The translations under genes and the position numbers were made by a program. The notes below the pieces were generated by a model. It made no database searches, was not told where the DNA came from, and was given only the letters and a program-made list of their open reading frames with translations. From Candidatus Latescibacterota bacterium (GTDB taxonomy: Bacteria; Latescibacterota; UBA2968; GCA-2709665): a DNA stretch of 64,000 bases. How positions within the stretch are numbered: position 1 is the stretch's first letter; each line of letters opens with the position of its first letter. Location: contig OZ241917.1 of NCBI GenBank assembly GCA_965203805.1, positions 4,992,001-5,056,000 of the forward strand. Reading direction: 5' to 3'. Positions 56,126-64,000 of the stretch are shown here, piece by piece.

Positions 56126-57073
56126 TTATTCCTTTCTGCTTTCCGCGATTTTCTCGAGCGTCTGGTCGTGCAGGGCCTGCGTCCGGCTGACCAGAACGTC
56201 GAAGACGGTCTCGTAATCTTCCGTGGGCTTCGGCACCGCGTTTCCGTCGAAGTCGGTGACGATCAGTCCGGCTTCCTCCGCGATCGCAATCCCGGAAAAG
56301 ACGTCGACGTAAGGCTGTTGCCTGGCAAAATAGACGTCGATCTGCCCGGCCGCTGCCTCTGCAAAGGCGTACGGGCCGCCGTTGGGGTGCAGCATTTTGA
56401 AGGCATCGATAACCGGCCGGTATTCATCGATGAGCGGCATGAGGAATTTGCCCGGCTTCAGGAGGTACGATTCGACACAGGCGTCACCCACGTCGCCAGC
56501 GGGCTCCCCGTGCCGTTCCCTGCGGTAGCTTTCATTGAGACGCTCCACGCCGGTCAGCGCGTTTCCGTCCAGTTTGGCCATAAAGGCGCCGTTGCCGTTG
56601 GCGAACGCCAGGTCTCTGTTGAAGACGTCGCCGGTGACGGAGACGAGGTGATCGAAGTTAGCGTCGAAGAGCGCGAGGGAACTGTATTGCATGAACGGCA
56701 GACCCCGCTTGTACAACCAGCTGCCGTCGAACGGATCGGAGACGCCATAGATTTTGTCGCCTTCCTTGCCGCCGGTCAGATCCACCATACCGGCTTCCTC
56801 GGAGAGCAGCACGACCGGATGGGTGCTCTCTTTGAGCCGTCCGATGTATGCCCCTTCCGCGGCTTCGTCCACACCGAAGATCTCGGCGTCCCAATCCTTG
56901 TAGTCGCCTTCCCGGGTCCGGATGACCATGGCGCCGCTGGCCTCGCCCTGCAAATCGTGAAGGATGTCCAGGGTTTCCGCCACGATGGCCAGGCCGAGCG
57001 CCGAGAGGTCGTCAACATTATCTGTTCTACTGAAGTTGCCGATTCTACTTTCGAATATCTGATCTTCACCCAT
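56126..57073 (-). CDS. Inositol monophosphatase/FBPase (FIG) family phosphatase
   Basis: D..AE, LLSEE, DPFDGS, A.GQID, D...G..I.EEAG..VTD..G. Confidence 0.85.
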   Translation of the reverse strand: MGEDQIFESRIGNFSRTDNVDDLSALGLAIVAETLDILHDLQGEASGAMVIRTREGDYKDWDAEIFGVDEAAEGAYIGRLKESTHPVVLLSEEAGMVDLTGGKEGDKIYGVSDPFDGSWLYKRGLPFMQYSSLALFDANFDHLVSVTGDVFNRDLAFANGNGAFMAKLDGNALTGVERLNESYRRERHGEPAGDVGDACVESYLLKPGKFLMPLIDEYRPVIDAFKMLHPNGGPYAFAEAAAGQIDVYFARQQPYVDVFSGIAIAEEAGLIVTDFDGNAVPKPTEDYETVFDVLVSRTQALHDQTLEKIAESRKE

Positions 57074-57159
57074 TCGAAATTCCTTCCACCTGAAGTGAGG
57101 TAACTTTCTGTTTTTAAGGGACTAATGTATGAAAACAGTGGAAAGTTCAATAGATAATG

Positions 57160-57188
57160 ATTATACCATATTCCCTTCGTGATGTCAA
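57160..57188 (-). promoter_or_regulatory. Consensus sigma70 promoter for the minus-strand operon
   Basis: Minus strand TTGACA-N17-TATAAT with an extended TG. Confidence 0.8.
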
Positions 57189-57222
57189 GACAAAACATAT
57201 TGCGGAATCGCCGGCCCGATGG

Positions 57223-57498
57223 TATCCTAAAAGCGGGGAGAGGTTAGACGTTAGACGGGAGATGATGACCCTTCGCCCATCGGATTTGGACGCGGACTGG
57301 CGATATGGGTCAGTGATACCGAAGGACTACTCACACCAGAGGGAGACGGGAGAGGGTAGACGGGAGACGATATGAGTGCACTATGGATTTTCTTGTCGTT
57401 ACGATAACGGTAGAGAAACAGGCACGGTCAGCGTGAAAACACTGTGGTTACGTTATCCTCTACCGGCTCACGTCTACCCTCTTACCGCATTTAGAATA
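57223..57498. mobile_element. MITE-like element (276 bp) with 29-bp imperfect terminal inverted repeats
   Basis: 57223-57251 TATCCTAAAAGCGGGGAGAGGTTAGACGT versus the reverse complement of 57470-57498, TATTCTAAATGCGGTAAGAGGGTAGACGT (24/29). Confidence 0.6.
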
Positions 57499-57774
57499 GT
57501 CGCCGCTGGGCGTGGGGCCTGCTAGATGCATAGCGCGAATACCCTCACAGGATGCACGTATTTCTCCGCCCTGACACCGTCGGTGGCGCATCGAACCGTG
57601 TCGCTGGACGGATCAGCGCGCTCTGCTCTGGTAGCCCTCCGGTAAGGGAATTCCCTTGTAGTCCGATTGGCACCTGTATGATGAGGACAGCTGTCGACCT
57701 TAAGCAAAGACATGCAACAAGGGGCAAACCCATTGTCCTCAGCGCAGTTTCATTACAGCAACAGGTAGAACGCA

Positions 57775-57885
57775 GACCTCTTCCCCCCGCCCCCCCTCCC
57801 GGGGGGAGAGGGGGCGCGAAACCATGCGTACATCAAGGGATTACAGTTCTCCCCGTCCTTTTAGGAGGGGGAACGGGGATAGGTC
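57775..57885. repeat. Inverted pair of boxC-like C/G-tract palindromes
   Basis: CCCCCCGCCCCCCCTCCCGGGGGGAGAGGGGG and CTCCCCGTCCTTTTAGGAGGGGGAACGGGGATAGG. Confidence 0.55.
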
Positions 57886-57922
57886 GGCCGGCTGCAAATA
57901 TAACGCATGCAAAGGAGAAACA

Positions 57923-59086
57923 ATGGTTCTTCGCGGGAAGATAGTGGGAACGGAAAATCCGGTCTCGGTAACCATTGAAGGCGGTCGAATCGAGAGCGTC
58001 GATGCCGACGGCGCGGGGGAACTCGGAGGCGACGACGTCTGGATTTCGCCGGGAATTTTCGACGTGCAGGTCAACGGCGCCGGTGGGATCAACTTCAGTT
58101 CGGGCGACCTGACGGTGGAAAGGGTGCTGGAGGCCTGTAAGTGGCCGTACCGGGCTGGCACCGCGTTATTCTGTCCGACGGTAACGACCTCACCCGTTGA
58201 GCAGGCGATTGCGGCGCTGAGGACGCTGGCACGGACGTGCGAGCAGTCGGATACAGCGAATGCGTCGTTCGTGGGGTTCCACGTGGAGGGGCCGTACATC
58301 GCCTCCGAAGACGGTCCGCGGGGTGCGCATCCCCTGGAGCATACGCGCGATCCGGACTGGGAAGAGTTCTGTCGTTACCAGGACGCCGCGGGGGGCCGGA
58401 TCCGAATCCTGACGCTGGCGCCCGAGCGTGAGGGATCCCTGGCCTTTATCGAGAAAGCCGCGGAGGCCGGCGTCATTGTCGCCCTGGGACATACCGGCGC
58501 GAGCAGGGCTCGGATCCGCGAGGCGGTTTCGGCGGGAGCACGGATGTCCACGCACCTGGGCAACGGAGCGCACGCGGAGATCCCCCGCCACGACAACTAT
58601 ATCTGGGAGCAACTTGCTGCAGACGAACTCTGGGCGGGGATCATCCCGGACGGGCACCATCTGCCGCCGCCGGTGCTGAAGAGTTTCTTCAGGACCAAGC
58701 AGAAAGAGCGCATCTGTCTGGTCAGCGACGTGTCATCCATCGCCGGGCTTCCGCCGGGCATATACGGCCGGAGCTACGGGACCGACGAGGTGGAGATTCA
58801 CGCGAACGGGAAGATCTCCCTGGCGGGCACGCCGTACCTGGCGGGAGCGTCCCTGTTCCTGGATTACGGGATCCCGAACACGGTCGCCTTTACGGATGCG
58901 TCGCTGGCCGATGCGGTGGATATGGCCGGTGTAAACCCGGCGCGGCTGCTGGGCGTGGACGATCGGCTGGGACGCGTGACGCCCGGAATGGAGGCCAGCC
59001 TCACGCTGTTCCGCCGGAGGGAGGGACATCGCGCGCTCTCCATTGTGGCGACCATCGTCCGGGGTGAGATTGTCCACAGGGCATGA
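57923..59086 (+). CDS. nagA: N-acetylglucosamine-6-phosphate deacetylase family
   Basis: PGIFDVQVNG, PT, HVEGPY..GAH, TLAPE, GHT, THLGNG, DGHH, VSD, LAG, NPARLL. Confidence 0.88.
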   Translation: MVLRGKIVGTENPVSVTIEGGRIESVDADGAGELGGDDVWISPGIFDVQVNGAGGINFSSGDLTVERVLEACKWPYRAGTALFCPTVTTSPVEQAIAALRTLARTCEQSDTANASFVGFHVEGPYIASEDGPRGAHPLEHTRDPDWEEFCRYQDAAGGRIRILTLAPEREGSLAFIEKAAEAGVIVALGHTGASRARIREAVSAGARMSTHLGNGAHAEIPRHDNYIWEQLAADELWAGIIPDGHHLPPPVLKSFFRTKQKERICLVSDVSSIAGLPPGIYGRSYGTDEVEIHANGKISLAGTPYLAGASLFLDYGIPNTVAFTDASLADAVDMAGVNPARLLGVDDRLGRVTPGMEASLTLFRRREGHRALSIVATIVRGEIVHRA

Positions 59087-59118
59087 GTCCTCCGATTGAG
59101 GATTCGGGAGTTCCAAAC

Positions 59119-61266
59119 ATGGAACGGCTCCAGGGCATTGTGGATCGAATCACGTTTCAGAGCGAAGAGAGCGGCTACACGGTGGCCAGGTTCCAACCGG
59201 AAGGCGCACGGGATACGGTCACCGTTGTGGGGACGACGCTTTCGTTGGTTGCCGGGGAGTGCGTGTCCCTGCAAGGGGAATGGACGGACCATGCCCGGTA
59301 CGGACGGCAGTTCAAGATCGATTCCTACGAGAAAGTATATCCGTCCACCGTACATGGAATGCGAAAGTATCTGGGTTCGGGGCTGATCAAGGGTATCGGA
59401 CCGGTGATGGCCGGGCGAATCGTGGACCATTTCGGGAAAAAGACGCTGGAGGTAATCGAGAAGGCCTCGAAACGGCTCGTGGAGGTGGAGGGGCTGGGCC
59501 GGAAGCGTGCGACGATGATCGAGGATGCGTGGAAGGAGCAGCGCGAGATCCACAACGTGATGGTGTTTCTGCAGTCGCACGACGTGGGTACGGGGCATGC
59601 GGTGAAGATCTGGAAGCAATACGGGCAGGACGCAGTTTCGCTGATTCAGGAGAATCCGTACCGGTTGTCTCGCGACGTCTGGGGCATCGGATTCGCATCC
59701 GCCGACCGGATCGCTCAGAAAATGGGCGTGGAATCCCAATCGGAGCAGCGGGTCCTTGCGGGTATCCGTTATGTACTGGACACCGCGGCGCAATCCGACG
59801 GGCACGTCTATCTGCCGGTGACGGAGTTGATGGACCGGTGCGCAGAGACGCTGGAAGTGGCGCACGAACTGATCGCGCCGTGTATCGACTTGTTACGCCG
59901 GGAGGAAGAGGTGGTCGTCGAGGACGACCGGATCTACATTCCCCCACTCTTCTTTGCCGAAAAAGGCGTGGCGACGCGGGTGCATCAGTTCTCAAACATC
60001 CGGCGCGTTGAGACCCGCGATATCGCGGCGGAAATCGCGGCGATCGAGAAACGCGACGGGATCCGGTTCGCCTCTCTGCAGAAGGTTGCGCTGGAGAAGG
60101 CCCTTTCCCACAGCCTGCTGGTGCTTACCGGCGGTCCCGGGACGGGCAAGACGACGACGATCAGGGGTCTGATCGCCCTCTTCGAGGCGAGAGACAAGGA
60201 AGTACTGCTGGCCGCGCCAACCGGACGGGCGGCCAAACGGATGTCGGAAGCCACGGGGAAGGACGCAAGAACCATCCACAGGCTGCTCAAGTTCAGCCCC
60301 GGCGATCTGAAGTTCGATATGAACTTCGAGAATCCTCTGACGTGCGATGCGATCATCGTGGACGAAGTCTCGATGGTAGACGTGGCATTGATGAATAGCC
60401 TGATGCAGGCAGTACCGCTCGGCGCGACCGTGGTTCTGGTGGGCGACGTGGACCAGTTGCCGTCGGTTGGGCCGGGGAATGTCCTGAAGGACATCATCGG
60501 CTCCGGGCAGGCGGCTGTCGTTGCGCTGAACGAGATCTTCCGGCAGGCGCGTGAGAGTCGGATCGTAATCAACGCGCACCGGATCCTGGCCGGCGAAATT
60601 CCGGAGGTGGACAACAGCCGGAACTCGGATTTTTTCTTTTCCCAGGTGGACGAGCCGGAGGAGGTAGTGGAGACGGTCTGCGGGCTCTGCGGGGACCGGC
60701 TGCCGCGCGCCTACGGCGTGGACGCAATAGACGACATCCAGGTGATGGCGCCGATGTATCGAGGCGAGACCGGCGCAACGAACCTGAACCGGGTGCTGCA
60801 GGAGCGTCTCAATCCCAACGGGCAGGAACTGCAGCGCGGCGGCGTCCGGTTCCGGGTGGGAGACAAGGTGATGCAGGTGCGGAACAACTATGACAGGGAC
60901 GTGTTCAACGGGGATATCGGGCGGGTTGCGGGGATCGATCCGACGAACCAGGCCCTCGCCGTAAGATACCCCGAGCGGACCGTGGGTTACGACTTCACGG
61001 AACTGGACGAGATTGTGCCGGCCTATGCCACCAGTGTGCACAAGAGCCAGGGGTCGGAGTATCCCGTGGTCGTGCTGCCGCTGACCACGCAACACTATAT
61101 GATGTTACAGCGGAACCTCCTGTACACGGCCATCACAAGGGCGCGGGACCTGGTTGTCATCGTCGGCACGCGGAAAGCCCTGGCCATCGCCATCAAAAAC
61201 AACCAGGTGGCCGACCGGTACACCTCGCTGCCCCAACGCATCCGGGCGGGGGCTGTTGAATCGTAA
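59119..61266 (+). CDS. recD2: ATP-dependent RecD2 DNA helicase
   Basis: YLGSGLIKGIGP, ENPY.L..IGF..AD, GGPGTGKTT, APTGRAAKR, DEVSM, GD.DQLPSVGPG, HKSQGSEY, YTAITR. Alternative start at 59083. Confidence 0.95.
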   Translation: MERLQGIVDRITFQSEESGYTVARFQPEGARDTVTVVGTTLSLVAGECVSLQGEWTDHARYGRQFKIDSYEKVYPSTVHGMRKYLGSGLIKGIGPVMAGRIVDHFGKKTLEVIEKASKRLVEVEGLGRKRATMIEDAWKEQREIHNVMVFLQSHDVGTGHAVKIWKQYGQDAVSLIQENPYRLSRDVWGIGFASADRIAQKMGVESQSEQRVLAGIRYVLDTAAQSDGHVYLPVTELMDRCAETLEVAHELIAPCIDLLRREEEVVVEDDRIYIPPLFFAEKGVATRVHQFSNIRRVETRDIAAEIAAIEKRDGIRFASLQKVALEKALSHSLLVLTGGPGTGKTTTIRGLIALFEARDKEVLLAAPTGRAAKRMSEATGKDARTIHRLLKFSPGDLKFDMNFENPLTCDAIIVDEVSMVDVALMNSLMQAVPLGATVVLVGDVDQLPSVGPGNVLKDIIGSGQAAVVALNEIFRQARESRIVINAHRILAGEIPEVDNSRNSDFFFSQVDEPEEVVETVCGLCGDRLPRAYGVDAIDDIQVMAPMYRGETGATNLNRVLQERLNPNGQELQRGGVRFRVGDKVMQVRNNYDRDVFNGDIGRVAGIDPTNQALAVRYPERTVGYDFTELDEIVPAYATSVHKSQGSEYPVVVLPLTTQHYMMLQRNLLYTAITRARDLVVIVGTRKALAIAIKNNQVADRYTSLPQRIRAGAVES

Positions 61267-61454
61267 GAGACGCCCGTCAGATACGCATTCGGACGGCATC
61301 CCGGGCCGTCCACGGCGCTCGCGTATTGCAGACCGGGACAGTTGCGCCGTGTTAATCCCGGTGTCGACCGCGTACTGGCAGACCGCCCCGCGACGGAGAT
61401 CCCCGTCAGGCAGTTCACGCCGCAACCCGCGCTTCCGCCTCAACGTGACGTCGG

Positions 61455-63203
61455 TCACAGATCGACCCTGACCTTCCCCCCGAACGCAGGGACCGATTCC
61501 CACCGCTGGACGACGCTATCCCGATCGTTTTCGAACACGGCGAGTTCCAGGTCCCGGCTCGCCTTTCCGTCCAGGTTGACGGAAACCGCCCTGCCGTCGG
61601 GCGAGGTCGCGGCCGCGATCCAGGACTCGTCCCGCGCGCGGGTATACTCGGCGGCCTCGTCGTGGCTCACCCCCCGGATATCGAACCGGTCCGTCCTCCG
61701 CGATACCAGCGACAACCACCGGTCGATCTCTTCCAGCGACAGCACGCCGAATTTCTGCTCGTGGGTCGTGATTTCGGAAAAGAACCCGCTGTCCAGCGCC
61801 TGGCGTACCGATCCGGCCGCCCGGTCCGCGGCCTTGTCCATATCATTCGTGGGGTTGTCGCCGGCCCAGGTCGTACAGCCCGTCAGCACGTCGGGCTCCA
61901 CAAGGTGTCGAGGCAGCATGGCGCCGATGTTGTACATCTCCGGGTCTTCGGGGATATAGTCGTAGAACAGGCTGTTGAGACCGTATGGCCACCAGTTGGG
62001 AAACAGCCGCTCCCACTTCACCTGTCCCAGGTGATAGGTCGAATAGACGAACGTCCGCCCCCGCGCCTTCAGATACGGCAGGACGCGCACGCCCACTTCG
62101 CCCCAGTGAAACGCGGCCCGCCGCGGCGGCCGGAGTCCCCGCTCGTCGTACCACCGGTCCACCCGATCGAAGATCGCCTTCAACTCCGCCTCGCTGTACT
62201 CCCCGATGCCGAAGTCGAACGGAATCAGCCTGTAATAATCGAACGCATGCGCGTCCCAGTCCACCTGTCCCGCTCCGCAACGCTCGCGCATGAACGGCAC
62301 GACTTCATCAGGAACGAGATCCAGGAAGCAGGAGATCATCGGCCGATACCCGTGCCGGTTCATGACTTCGGTATAACGGAAATCGTGCCGTCCCCTGCCG
62401 TCGTCCACGCGGACGGTCACGTAGGGCGGCATCATCTGCGCGACGTACGGCTTGCGCGCCGCCCAGACGATCGCGCGCCAGAAGAAGGCGTCCAGCCCCA
62501 TCGCGTGCCCCAGAAACTCCCCGTGCCAGATCCGGGGCGAACAGGCGAACTGCACCGCGCGGCCGCTGCCGCAGACCCCGGCCAGCACGGCGGGAAACTG
62601 ATCGGGTTCGTAGGCCGTGCCCGGTACATTGTGGCGTGAGAAAATGAGCTGGTCCTTGCCCATGGCAGCCTGCGCCAGTTCCACAACGTGCCGCCCCACG
62701 CGCCTGATCTGCGCGATGGTCACGGGTCGTTTCAGCCGGACCATACTGCCCGCCTGCTGCGTCCAGCTGATGAAGTGGTCGTTGTCCCCGATGCGGAACA
62801 GGTCCGAAGCCATCGGGATCCGTTCCACCTCCAGCCCCAAGAGGCGCAGCAGCGGCGGCTTATAGAGCCTCAGTTCACCATCGAAATTGACCAGGCCCAG
62901 CCCTGCTTCCTCTACGGCAGAGGCGAGCAGTTCCGTATCCGCCAACGAGAGGGCATCGCCCAGGCGCGCCTGCGCGATAACGACCGCGGCGCAGTTTACC
63001 AGCAGGTCCGGGGTCAGGGAGCCCAACGCCAGGTCGTGAATCCGGAACGGAAATCCGAAGTGCTGCAGGGCCACCAGGACGGTCTGATCCACGATGCTCG
63101 TGTCCGTATAGCTGCCCCGGCTGTCCACCAGCACCAGCAAGGCCCTGTTTCCCGTGCTCTCACGCCGGGGGCGTTGCACCATCTGTCGCGGTGAGAATCC
63201 CAT
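61455..63203 (-). CDS. Hypothetical protein, possibly with a polysaccharide-deacetylase-like barrel
   Basis: 582-aa ORF coupled to tsaC (TGATG overlap); VRVDD, DAHAF, THEQ. Confidence 0.6.
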   Translation of the reverse strand: MGFSPRQMVQRPRRESTGNRALLVLVDSRGSYTDTSIVDQTVLVALQHFGFPFRIHDLALGSLTPDLLVNCAAVVIAQARLGDALSLADTELLASAVEEAGLGLVNFDGELRLYKPPLLRLLGLEVERIPMASDLFRIGDNDHFISWTQQAGSMVRLKRPVTIAQIRRVGRHVVELAQAAMGKDQLIFSRHNVPGTAYEPDQFPAVLAGVCGSGRAVQFACSPRIWHGEFLGHAMGLDAFFWRAIVWAARKPYVAQMMPPYVTVRVDDGRGRHDFRYTEVMNRHGYRPMISCFLDLVPDEVVPFMRERCGAGQVDWDAHAFDYYRLIPFDFGIGEYSEAELKAIFDRVDRWYDERGLRPPRRAAFHWGEVGVRVLPYLKARGRTFVYSTYHLGQVKWERLFPNWWPYGLNSLFYDYIPEDPEMYNIGAMLPRHLVEPDVLTGCTTWAGDNPTNDMDKAADRAAGSVRQALDSGFFSEITTHEQKFGVLSLEEIDRWLSLVSRRTDRFDIRGVSHDEAAEYTRARDESWIAAATSPDGRAVSVNLDGKASRDLELAVFENDRDSVVQRWESVPAFGGKVRVDL

Positions 63204-63835
63204 CAGAAGTCTCCTGGCAATACTCTAAGGATTTCCGTTTCCGGGACGCGGCCCGGCCGGAGGATTTCGGGGTTGCCACGTGAGACGTCGACGAGGGTGG
63301 AGGGGCGCGGGTCGCCGGAAGGGCCGCCGTTCAGGATGAGATCGACGTCGCGGCCGAGGACGTCGGCGGCTTCCCGGGCGCTTCGGACGGGAGGCTGGCC
63401 GGATCGATTGGCGCTGGTGCTGGTGATGGGGCCTCCCGAACTGTGAAGCAGGGCGCCGGCAAGCGGCGCGTCTGACATGCGAAGCGCCAGCGTGGACGTG
63501 GATCCGAGCAGGTGCTTCGGGAGGTCTGGCGACGCGGGGAACACGAGGGTGAGCGGCCCGGGCCAGAAGGCGTCGATCAGGACTTCCGCTGCCCGTGGAA
63601 CGTGAGCAACAAGCGCGTCCACGTCCTTCCTGTCCCGGACGAGCAGGATCAGCCCCTTCTCCGCTTCCCTGCCCTTGAGCTCGAAGATACGCTCGAAAGC
63701 GGAAGGGTTGAACGGGTCTGCGCCGAGGCCGTAGACGGTCTCCGTAGGATAGACGACAACGCCGCCCCTCCGGATCCGATCGGCTGTCTGAAAGATGCCC
63801 GGCTCACCGGCCGTCAGGATGGGCGCCCGATCCAT
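63203..63835 (-). CDS. tsaC: L-threonylcarbamoyladenylate synthase (YrdC/Sua5 N-domain)
   Basis: YPTETVYGL, KGR...K, FWPGPLT, STSANRSG, PST, LRPG. Confidence 0.93.
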   Translation of the reverse strand: MDRAPILTAGEPGIFQTADRIRRGGVVVYPTETVYGLGADPFNPSAFERIFELKGREAEKGLILLVRDRKDVDALVAHVPRAAEVLIDAFWPGPLTLVFPASPDLPKHLLGSTSTLALRMSDAPLAGALLHSSGGPITSTSANRSGQPPVRSAREAADVLGRDVDLILNGGPSGDPRPSTLVDVSRGNPEILRPGRVPETEILRVLPGDF

Positions 63836-63837
63836 TG

Positions 63838-63999
63838 TCAAAACAGGCTTTCCGGACGGAAACGGGTCGACGTTTGTTCAAAGGCGGAAACGAAGGCGAT
63901 GAAGTCCCCGAATCCGACCGCTCCGTTGCCGTCGAGATCAAAACGTGCATCGGCGGACCCGTAGGCCCGCGCGAAGAGGATGAAGTCGGCGAAGTCAAC
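63838..63999 (-). CDS. C-terminus of a protein with a dockerin/EF-hand-like tail (partial)
   Basis: Manual translation VDFADFILFARAYGSADARFDLDGNGAVGFGDFIAFVSAFEQTSTRFRPESLF*. Confidence 0.75.
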   Translation of the reverse strand, partial: VDFADFILFARAYGSADARFDLDGNGAVGFGDFIAFVSAFEQTSTRFRPESLF

Positions 64000-64000
64000 C

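Noticed and set aside
55472-57103. 543-aa plus-strand ORF
   Set aside because: Antisense to two well-supported minus-strand genes
61267-61454. ncRNA between convergent recD2 and the hypothetical gene
   Set aside because: Only short GC-rich stems expected by chance; no promoter or family signature

Overview
High-GC bacterial window of about 50 genes, mostly on the + strand. T9SS/FlgD-type C-terminal sorting domains, a PorV-family gene, a TonB-dependent receptor and a dockerin/EF-hand-like tail point to an FCB-group bacterium, possibly Latescibacterota/Handelsmanbacteria-like (inference). Layout: (1) 1-10.3 kb: a FolC-ATP-grasp fusion, then a run of dioxygenase/hydrolase genes. (2) 10.4-17 kb: a TonB-dependent receptor + CTD-bearing secreted protein + PorV triad. 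(3) 17.3-21.4 kb: two tandem secreted Cache-like paralogues with near-identical C-terminal sorting domains; the second has an in-frame TAG. (4) 21.5-29.6 kb: a structured leader RNA candidate, then a C45 hydrolase/GH42-like/DUF6785 transporter/cyclase operon. (5) 29.6-33.3 kb: a REP-rich island holding a NUDIX+HAD pair between exact 45-bp direct repeats, plus a hicBA locus whose toxin is frameshifted at an A7 run. (6) 33.4-43.5 kb: uppP and general catabolic genes. (7) 43.5-53.4 kb: a FadR regulator and a divergent corrinoid methyl-transfer cluster (MtaA/CmuA-type methyltransferase, corrinoid protein, RACo, MetF-MetV-like, pterin-binding and homocysteine methyltransferases). (8) 53.4-59 kb: a probable amino-sugar cluster with a MITE-like element. 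(9) recD2, a hypothetical gene, tsaC and a partial gene. No rRNA, tRNA, CRISPR array or intact transposase was seen. All calls come from reading motifs by eye; no searches were run.
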